From a virus, in IMG/VR virus record IMGVR_UViG_3300014208_001433, positions 29,134 to 93,133 of that record: a stretch of DNA of 64,000 bases. The stretch is one strand, 5' to 3'. This document shows, piece after piece, positions 56,399 to 64,000 of the stretch (position 1 is its first letter; each line of letters starts with the position of its first letter). Made by a program: the position numbers and the translations under genes. The notes under the pieces were generated by a model that was not told where the DNA came from, made no database searches, and saw only the letters and a list, made by a program, of their open reading frames with translations.

Positions 56399-57546
56399 TG
56401 AAAACCCCCAACGAGATATTAAAAGATTTAAGCGGTGATTTTATTACAGAACAAAGTAAGGTAACTTATTTAGGGCAAGAATCCGTTGTGAGAGGAATTT
56501 TATCCGCTGTAAAAAATGTTTTGTTTGAGTTATGGAACGATCTGTTGCAGCAGAAGCGAAAAATATTTCTCGATACTTCGAAATCAAGTGATCTCGATAC
56601 TTTTGGCACAAAAAGAGGATTAACGCGCGGAATTGCAACAAAAAGCAGTAATATCCTACTCTTTAATGGACCAACAGGCACAGTTATAGTTTCTGGCACC
56701 GCGGTAAAAAGTGTAGTTAGCGGCGAGCAATGCACAACTCTTTCACAAATTATTTTAGGTGAAAATAACATTTTAGCCGGGGATGTTATTTCAAACAGTA
56801 TAGGCAATGCTGTCTTAGCCGAAAGCGTAAACACAGGAAAGAAAACCCGCGTTGGTGTTAAAGAATTAATCCAATTTGTAACTCCAATAAGCGGGGTAAC
56901 GGTAACAAATTTAGTACCTTCAGTTGGTGGAGAAGATGCTGAAAGTGATGAAGTATTTAGAGAAAGAATAAGAAATTATATAAAAACGCTTAATCAAGGG
57001 ACGAGAGATTTTTATTCGGCTTTGGCAAAAACGGCTGAGAGTAGCATTAACAAAGTGAAGGTAAAATCAGATCCGGCGAATATGGGAGTAAAATTGTATT
57101 TACTTAAAAATTCATTTGCACAATATACAAGTACAGAATTACTTGCAATTGCAGCGAGTGTTTATGATAGCCAAAGAGCTTGTAACAATGTAAGATGTTT
57201 GAACGTATCTATAAAATCAATTAGCGTTGTATTTGATTATGAAGGCGATGGGACAACAAGCCAAGACACGGTATTTAGTTCAGCCGCAGCCGGAATAGCA
57301 AATTACATTGAAACGAAAATAGACTTTGCGGCTACAATTCTTTATAACGATATCCTCAATATAATTTTAGATACAACCGGGATTAAGAAATTGAATTTAA
57401 GATCATTGCTTGTAAACAATTACCAGGCGGATATTCTTTGTTCGGAAATCGAAGTGCCGAGATTTACATATTTAAAAATTACCGATACGACCACTACAAC
57501 GATTGTAATTAAAGACTTAAACCAAAAACTGATATTGCCACAATGA
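56398..57546 (+). CDS. Baseplate J/gp47-like wedge protein
   Basis: FLDT....LD..G..RGLTR and VTN....GGEDAESDEVFRERI motifs. Confidence 0.85.
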   Translation: MKTPNEILKDLSGDFITEQSKVTYLGQESVVRGILSAVKNVLFELWNDLLQQKRKIFLDTSKSSDLDTFGTKRGLTRGIATKSSNILLFNGPTGTVIVSGTAVKSVVSGEQCTTLSQIILGENNILAGDVISNSIGNAVLAESVNTGKKTRVGVKELIQFVTPISGVTVTNLVPSVGGEDAESDEVFRERIRNYIKTLNQGTRDFYSALAKTAESSINKVKVKSDPANMGVKLYLLKNSFAQYTSTELLAIAASVYDSQRACNNVRCLNVSIKSISVVFDYEGDGTTSQDTVFSSAAAGIANYIETKIDFAATILYNDILNIILDTTGIKKLNLRSLLVNNYQADILCSEIEVPRFTYLKITDTTTTTIVIKDLNQKLILPQ

Positions 57547-58130
57547 CAATAGATCAACTAAAAGACAAAATCTTAAAGTTTACTCCAACGTTTGTGCGGA
57601 TAAACGAAATATTAACCGGATTGTATATTTCTATTGCAACATCAATTAGTTATGCTTTAACAGAAATTGAAGGTTTACCGAACGCGGATTGGACCGGGAA
57701 AGGGTTGATAAAGAATTGTGAAGAGAACGGAATTATTAACACAAAGCGAAGCGAAGCAAGTCTTAGAACTGATTTAGCAAATAGATTTCCGATTAATCTA
57801 AAACGAGGAACGGAAGACGGAATTATAGATGATGTGAGTAAACTCTTAAATATTAATAATGCGGTTGATCTTGATATACAGTTTTACAAATTTGATGAAA
57901 GCGGGATAATAGTTGGCAGCACTATTGTTTCAGAAGCGAATTCAATTGTAGGAAGTAATAAAGTAATTGTTGCTGAATACATCCCCAAAATATTGGATGA
58001 AACCGCAAGCCCTATTTTGGATGAAGACCAAGGAATGATGGGGCAGGATGATAAAGATATATTTAATTTTTACAGAAATGAGATTGAAGAACTAATACCA
58101 ATCGACACAGAATTAATAATGGTGGACTAA
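57543..58130 (+). CDS. Baseplate wedge protein (gpI/gp48-like)
   Basis: Follows J; KRGTEDGI motif; C-terminal IEELIP. Confidence 0.55.
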   Translation: MTIDQLKDKILKFTPTFVRINEILTGLYISIATSISYALTEIEGLPNADWTGKGLIKNCEENGIINTKRSEASLRTDLANRFPINLKRGTEDGIIDDVSKLLNINNAVDLDIQFYKFDESGIIVGSTIVSEANSIVGSNKVIVAEYIPKILDETASPILDEDQGMMGQDDKDIFNFYRNEIEELIPIDTELIMVD

Positions 58131-60547
58131 TGAAAACAAATATAAAAACCGGTTTAAAATTAAACGATATTGAATATTTACGATTCCAAGAACTGATAAA
58201 TCGTAACCATTACTATGGATTAGATACTCTTGTAGAAACTTATGGATTGTTAGTTAGCAAAACCGATACGAGCACGTATGGAACGGAATGGTTGGTCACA
58301 CAACTAAGCACATGGATAATACAAGTTAATGTTGGTAAAGGGATTGCAAAGGGGGTTGACGGGAATCCGCATAAAATAGCATTAACAACTCCATTACAAA
58401 TAGATTTAACAGCTTATAGTGCTGGAACGTACAAACTTTTAGCAAGCCATACGACTACGAATTACGAAGAAGGGACTGTTTCTTTAACGAATGCGAGTGC
58501 AACCGTTTACGGGGTATCGACAAAGTTTACAGAAATTTTTGGAGTGAACAGAAAAATTATTGTTAGCGGAGTAGCTTACAATATTCTATCAGTGCAATCA
58601 AACACAGAATTAACATTAGAAACGGCGTACGTAGGGACAGATATTACTACATCTCAATTCAAAGTTGGAGGTTGGATAATCCCCGATCCAGGTGTAGCCG
58701 ATAGCATTATTTATGAATACGACATTCTTGCTTTTAGATTAACAACCGGCGCAGCAACGGCAACGGAATATCAACTTGCAACCGTTGTAGTAGAAGCGGG
58801 CGGAGTAACAAGTATTACCGATGCAAGATCAACAAACATTTTCAAATTATTTTTGAATGCACCAACAATTTTAGGAACACCGGCAAGCACATTCCAGGTG
58901 GGGGGGAGATATGTGAAATTGGAGGAAGATATCCCCCAACCGATTAAAAATATAAGGATTGTTGACATTACCGGGATAAAATTAAAATATGTTGAAGATG
59001 TTGATAATATTAAAGCAAAAATAAGTGATGAAGCCTATTCTTATTCTACAAATAAACTTAGGGTTTATTTCAAATGGGGATATGATGATGTAGTTGGAAC
59101 AGGCGCAGTGAACACTTTTACTCTTACCGGAAAAACTTTTACGCTGAATGAATTAGCAAATTATTTCATCTACATTCCTTCTTTATCAAAAAATCTTCTC
59201 ATCGAATCCAATTTAGCAACGGCTAGCGGAAATACTGTTTTAACTGTTAAGGAAATTGGTGGAGGAGATTGGGACGGAACCGGAGTTGTAGTTACTTCAG
59301 AAAATCCGGCAATAATTCATAACGGCGCGGATGAGTATGATTTTATTGCAGTTCCGCAATATGCTAGTGCTTATGATTATAATGGAATGTATGAAAAATT
59401 TGTGAAATATGCTTCCAGCCCAACAGCACAAAGTATTGCATTAGACCTTGAACTTGGGTGCAAATATCTTGTTAAGGTTCGAGCCGGAGCAAAAGGGGAA
59501 TTTAATAGTTTTGTAGAAATGAGTTCGGGAAGTTTTACCAAGTATTCTGCAAGTCAAGCCTATGCGAAACCTTTTTTAGTAAAACATCCGGATATTCCAA
59601 CTGCAGGAGCTATTGGATCTGTGGCGACAAGGAATGGTTTTCGTGTAGATGTTTCGGGATGGACCGAAGCAGAACAATTTGAAATAGTTTATACAACAAA
59701 GAACAGCGGCGCAAGTTTTACAGATGTTGAACAAGAGCATAAAACAATTTATAACAGCAAATATGCCGGGCACATGTATTTAGATATCCCGACCTCTATA
59801 AGCGCAAATTATAATATTGCCGTAAGACCTTTAATAGCCGGTCAGCAAGTATCAGCGCCATTAACCACGAGTGTTGTTAGCGGTAGCGCTGGTAATTTGC
59901 CGGGTGATCAAGTTATAGCTTCCGTTTATATTAACCACAGAACATTTAGCGGATCATTGAGTTGGAACAATACGCTTGGCATTGGTACTTTATCAACTGT
60001 AGTTACACCGGCATCGGGCACACAGTCTGTTACAAGTTTACCGGAATTAGAAGGCTGCATATTATCGGTTGTATGCACAGACGGCGCCGTGCATGATTTT
60101 ATTATTTCAAGCGTACTTAGTAGTCTATCTATTGAATTAACAAATTTGACCGGAGCGAGTTATATACCGGCGGATGGAGCGTTTACAATTGGAGTAAGTG
60201 AAAGGGGAAGATTAGCATTCCAGAGCAATAAGGCTACAGTCGATTATGAAATTGTCCGTGTAGATACTGATTGCGATGTGAAAAGAGGCGAGAACTTAAC
60301 GCTTAGGGTTTATCAAATTGCAAATAAAGCGAGTTATGATTCGATTATAATTACCACTGGCGATACACCATTTACTATGGATTGCGATGTATTGCTGTTA
60401 GGAGTATTTGGGGACCGAAATTGGGCGATAGATTTTTTTGACCCCGCAACAAGCGGAGCGTTAAACAAAGGATGTTTCTCCGGGCAAATTACAGTTTTCG
60501 CTCGACCATACAGCCGGGATACGAGAAAGACAGTTGAGGCGGTATAA
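58130..60547 (+). CDS. Baseplate/tail fibre structural protein
   Basis: LATVVV....TSITDARS motif; beta-rich with FN3-like segments. Confidence 0.6.
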   Translation: MKTNIKTGLKLNDIEYLRFQELINRNHYYGLDTLVETYGLLVSKTDTSTYGTEWLVTQLSTWIIQVNVGKGIAKGVDGNPHKIALTTPLQIDLTAYSAGTYKLLASHTTTNYEEGTVSLTNASATVYGVSTKFTEIFGVNRKIIVSGVAYNILSVQSNTELTLETAYVGTDITTSQFKVGGWIIPDPGVADSIIYEYDILAFRLTTGAATATEYQLATVVVEAGGVTSITDARSTNIFKLFLNAPTILGTPASTFQVGGRYVKLEEDIPQPIKNIRIVDITGIKLKYVEDVDNIKAKISDEAYSYSTNKLRVYFKWGYDDVVGTGAVNTFTLTGKTFTLNELANYFIYIPSLSKNLLIESNLATASGNTVLTVKEIGGGDWDGTGVVVTSENPAIIHNGADEYDFIAVPQYASAYDYNGMYEKFVKYASSPTAQSIALDLELGCKYLVKVRAGAKGEFNSFVEMSSGSFTKYSASQAYAKPFLVKHPDIPTAGAIGSVATRNGFRVDVSGWTEAEQFEIVYTTKNSGASFTDVEQEHKTIYNSKYAGHMYLDIPTSISANYNIAVRPLIAGQQVSAPLTTSVVSGSAGNLPGDQVIASVYINHRTFSGSLSWNNTLGIGTLSTVVTPASGTQSVTSLPELEGCILSVVCTDGAVHDFIISSVLSSLSIELTNLTGASYIPADGAFTIGVSERGRLAFQSNKATVDYEIVRVDTDCDVKRGENLTLRVYQIANKASYDSIIITTGDTPFTMDCDVLLLGVFGDRNWAIDFFDPATSGALNKGCFSGQITVFARPYSRDTRKTVEAV

Positions 60548-61669
60548 ATGATTACACAATTTAATATAGCGGATACAACGGTTAAGATTTTCGGGACCAA
60601 AAGTTACGCAAACGGTTCCCCAAATCTTGCTTGCTTAGTTATTCTAATTTGCGAAATTACCGGGTTAGAAGCGGCAAGAACCACGACAAATAAATATGGC
60701 TATTACGAGTTTGTGTTTAATCTTTCCGGTTTTGTTTTTGGTAATTACCAGGTAAAGTTTTATGGCAGCGATACAAGACCGAAATTTGCACCATTAGGTG
60801 ATTGGGAAGTAATCCCAATTGGCGACCCAAAGGAAGCGACATTACTTTTTAACCAACTCCCAACGGTGGGCATAAGTGAAAGCGCGACCGAGGGGGACAA
60901 GACTGTGGATGTAAATCAATACGAGATGACAACTGCAAAAATTGATCTAAGCGGCATTGATATAAAGAGCGGTGAAATAGCAATGTTGGCGGTTTTTTAC
61001 ATGGAACATACTACAGGAATAACCGAAGAGCAGAGAGTTGAAAAACTGAGATTATTTAGAAGTTTCAAGGTCCAGGTGATTGATGGAGTTACCACGTACA
61101 CTTTTAAAAACGAAATTAAACTTTATGAAAAGCCTTGTTATTATGATTTTAGAATTCAATTTATAGGTAGGAATTTATTGTATAGCCCGGACGCAGAAGG
61201 GAATCCGGCGAAGATAGATATTAATAATATTGCCTTTGATGGGTTAGAAGACTTAAAGGAATATTACGGTGTTTATGATGCAGTTATAAAAAACGGAACC
61301 GTAGGGGGCGAGGTACAAAGTCTATTTGTTAAACTTGGTTGGACGGAGTTTAGGGATAAACCTAAAACGTATTTCGGTACGGGAATAGAAGTTAGAAGCG
61401 GATACGATGATAGCGTAAAAACATTAACATATGGACAGGCAAAGTTAATTACGTCATATGTGGTATATATGTATGTTAGCGATACCGAGACATTACCGGC
61501 GAACCTCTATCCCGGGAACGGAAGTTTATGGAATTACTGCGGGGAGTTTCCAATCAATTCGGCAGAGATAAGAAGCCCGGCTTTCAAGTGGTGTGGATAT
61601 TGGATTGGTTTTAGAATGAGAGAACTTAAAGAACAAAGCGTAATACAAAAAATTGTTTTAGCTAATTAG
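60548..61669 (+). CDS. Putative tail structural protein
   Basis: TTTNKYGYYEF...GNYQVKF transthyretin/Ig-like start; position. Confidence 0.5.
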   Translation: MITQFNIADTTVKIFGTKSYANGSPNLACLVILICEITGLEAARTTTNKYGYYEFVFNLSGFVFGNYQVKFYGSDTRPKFAPLGDWEVIPIGDPKEATLLFNQLPTVGISESATEGDKTVDVNQYEMTTAKIDLSGIDIKSGEIAMLAVFYMEHTTGITEEQRVEKLRLFRSFKVQVIDGVTTYTFKNEIKLYEKPCYYDFRIQFIGRNLLYSPDAEGNPAKIDINNIAFDGLEDLKEYYGVYDAVIKNGTVGGEVQSLFVKLGWTEFRDKPKTYFGTGIEVRSGYDDSVKTLTYGQAKLITSYVVYMYVSDTETLPANLYPGNGSLWNYCGEFPINSAEIRSPAFKWCGYWIGFRMRELKEQSVIQKIVLAN

Positions 61670-61678
61670 GAATAAAAA

Positions 61679-63364
61679 ATGTCAGCTTTTGTTGGAATGG
61701 TTAAGATAATTGATTTTGCTTGGGCAGATGCTGCCGTTGCTCTCTCTAAACTTGCCGATATTGCTTCAGACGCCAAGATAACGCCGGTAGAAAAATTAAT
61801 TGTTAAACCTATGTGGGATGTTATTGTAGTAGAAGGCATCCCCGTAACCGGAACACTTATAGTGCTTGCAGATTCTTTCTCTATCCCCCATGTTGATTAT
61901 TCAGCCGCTTATGCTGCTCTTGATACTTACCTTAATACAACGTTAACCGTATTTGCCGATATGACGGCAACCACAGACATAACAAGAGCCGATTGGAATA
62001 CGGCTTGGAAAAATTATTATGATGAAAGGACTAAACTTCTAAATCTTATTGCCACTACAACTAAAGGTTTAGCCGATACCGCACAATCAACGGCAAATGG
62101 AAAAAATAAAATAACATACTCTCTAACAGTACCGGGGACAACCGCCAATGCTGCGGGGGATATATGGTTTCAAAAAAATGCCTCTGAAATAATTATCGGA
62201 CAGTGGGAGGGTTTAGGCGGAACAGCGTGGGCTGCAAAGACGTTGGATAACGCTGTAATAGCTAACCTTGATGTAGGAAAACTAACAGCCGGAATTATAT
62301 CCGTTGCAATTAGATTGCTTTCGGCGATTGTTACAAGCGGGAGACTTGAGACTTCTCCATCTTCAGAAGTAACAACTGCGGTTACTATCCCAACTTCGGG
62401 GACAGTTGATATAACAATAAATGATACGTATGGTTTTGCAGCAAGCGGAACAGCTTATGCAGAAATTGAAACCGGGTTACAAGCCTTCTCATATACAAGC
62501 AAAAGTACTACTCAATTAATTGGATGTTCTACTACTGTAACGGCTATACCGTTAGCGATAGGTGATACCGTAACCAATGCTGATTCTCTTGGATTGTTGT
62601 CTCCATCGGGGTTGAAAGTTCTGAACGGGATAATAAAGGGAACAGTAATATTTGGCTCAACAATAGACGGAGGAGTGATAACTGGCAGTAAATTTCAAAC
62701 TGCCCCGACTGGGAAAAGAATTATAATAAACGGAGATGATAGATTAAATGAAATAGAAATTTATGGCGCAGGTGGCATTGGGGGAATTGGTGTTCCTGCT
62801 GGTTATATCTATGCAAGTGGCGGAGATCTATATGTTATTGGTGTTGATAATTTGTTTTTTAGTACAGGAGGAGATGTTGACATTACGGCTGGAAGTGGGA
62901 AAGTGATTCGTACTCAAAATATAATTAGTGCAATATATGGATTAGAAATAGACACATGCTTTGCTTTAAATTCTTCTGGACAAATTACAAAAGTAAACAA
63001 TGTTGTCCCAACAGCTAAATATGTTTTGATAGGAGACGGAACAAGTTTTACGCCAAGATTATTAGCTCTTGCAGATTTACCGGCAGTAACGGCTAATAAA
63101 GTTTTAATTTCCGATGCAAGCGGGTATGTTACTACTTCAACCATTAGTAATGTTGCTCTTAGTTATTTAGATGCAACGAGCAGCATACAGACACAGTTGG
63201 ACGGGAAGGCTCCGGTTGGGACGGCAAGTGCATCGTATAATATAGTTGTGGGTCTAAGATGGAACGGGGCAACCCTTGAACAAAAAACAAGAGCAATTAC
63301 TATTACAAACGGTTCGGTAACAGTAGGAGCTGAAAGCGGATGGACGGCTGTAGGTGTAGTTTAA
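61679..63364 (+). CDS. Tail fibre protein
   Basis: IASDAKITPVEK, AQSTANGKNKI..GDIWF, IANLDVGKLTAG, ITGSKFQTA and TSSIQTQLDGK motifs; Thr/Gly-rich. Confidence 0.7.
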   Translation: MSAFVGMVKIIDFAWADAAVALSKLADIASDAKITPVEKLIVKPMWDVIVVEGIPVTGTLIVLADSFSIPHVDYSAAYAALDTYLNTTLTVFADMTATTDITRADWNTAWKNYYDERTKLLNLIATTTKGLADTAQSTANGKNKITYSLTVPGTTANAAGDIWFQKNASEIIIGQWEGLGGTAWAAKTLDNAVIANLDVGKLTAGIISVAIRLLSAIVTSGRLETSPSSEVTTAVTIPTSGTVDITINDTYGFAASGTAYAEIETGLQAFSYTSKSTTQLIGCSTTVTAIPLAIGDTVTNADSLGLLSPSGLKVLNGIIKGTVIFGSTIDGGVITGSKFQTAPTGKRIIINGDDRLNEIEIYGAGGIGGIGVPAGYIYASGGDLYVIGVDNLFFSTGGDVDITAGSGKVIRTQNIISAIYGLEIDTCFALNSSGQITKVNNVVPTAKYVLIGDGTSFTPRLLALADLPAVTANKVLISDASGYVTTSTISNVALSYLDATSSIQTQLDGKAPVGTASASYNIVVGLRWNGATLEQKTRAITITNGSVTVGAESGWTAVGVV

Positions 63365-63388
63365 TAGAAAAATTTCACAAGGAGTTTT

Positions 63389-64000
63389 ATGAAAAATGCA
63401 ATATGGATAGGTTTTGTTTTAGTAGTGATAGGACTTGGAATTCTCGGATATTTGAATTTCAAGAAAAATTTTCTGATCGATCAAAAAAACGCAAAAATTG
63501 AAACTCAGTTGGAAGAAAATAAAAAGTTAGTTGCAAAAGTTGATTCTTTGACAAAAGCAAGAAAAGATAGCATTGTTACAATAGATAACTATATTTACGT
63601 TGAAGAAAAAAAGAAGGAAGATGCAAAGGTTGAGGTTGAGAACACTACGAACGTTGATAGTGTGATTGCCAATTATGAGGCGTACCGACCCGGCAAAAGC
63701 GGGATGATAGCAATTGACAGCAACAATATAAACGTAGGAAAAGATGAAGTAAAGTTTATAACCGGCAAGTTTATTGATCTGAATTTTCTTAACAATATAA
63801 AAGTACCGGGCTTAGAAGAACAGATAGGGATATTAAAAAGGATTTGCACGGATAGAGACGCGGTAATATCCTTAAAGGAGAATTCGATTAACTTGTTAAT
63901 GGATGAGGTTGAAAATTTAACTCCAACGTTTTGGGATAAGGTCCTTAAGTGGTTAATCATAATAGGTTCTTTTGGTGTAGGATATTTACTTGGTGCATAA
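63389..64000 (+). CDS. Membrane-anchored coiled-coil protein, possible spanin component
   Basis: N-terminal TM, coiled coil and C-terminal hydrophobic helix; AAGGAG SD. Confidence 0.5.
   Translation: MKNAIWIGFVLVVIGLGILGYLNFKKNFLIDQKNAKIETQLEENKKLVAKVDSLTKARKDSIVTIDNYIYVEEKKKEDAKVEVENTTNVDSVIANYEAYRPGKSGMIAIDSNNINVGKDEVKFITGKFIDLNFLNNIKVPGLEEQIGILKRICTDRDAVISLKENSINLLMDEVENLTPTFWDKVLKWLIIIGSFGVGYLLGA

Noticed and set aside
482-63960. Numerous minus-strand ORFs in the track
   Set aside because: They lie antisense to, or overlap, tightly coupled plus-strand genes and show no recognisable motifs; treated as shadow ORFs.
1-64000. tRNA/rRNA genes, inteins, introns, stop-codon recoding
   Set aside because: None recognised by eye; long ORFs are intact in the standard code with high coding density. 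tRNAscan-SE/Infernal were not run.

Overview
A 64 kb, all plus-strand segment of a tailed-phage genome covering the morphogenesis region of a contractile-tailed virus with SPO1/Twort (Herelleviridae)-like structural genes: terminase C-terminus, portal, MuF-like protein, protease-scaffold, major capsid, neck, sheath, tube, frameshifted tail chaperone, tape measure, baseplate and fibres. TAnnTTTG promoters together with Shine-Dalgarno use suggest an FCB-group host, possibly Ignavibacteria/Chlorobi (inference). Five things stand out. (1) A complete diversity-generating retroelement sits inside the baseplate cluster; all 16 TR/VR mismatches are at TR adenines. (2) Three giant polyvalent proteins (DdrB-ParB + ART-like; DarB-like MTase-helicase with a downstream Ulx-like gene; zeta-like kinase) share short peptide tags that resemble the capsid maturation site, suggesting a tagged, virion-packaged cargo system. 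(3) A five-copy putative late promoter TTTCAACCCTTCGGAGA-N13-TAAAT has a tail-specific leader in three copies. (4) A candidate ~80-nt sRNA is complementary over 14 nt to the RBS of a gene 7 kb away. (5) Host-promoter 'moron' cassettes interrupt the structural genes, one with a 22-bp palindromic operator. All family assignments come from motif recognition by eye; no database searches were run.
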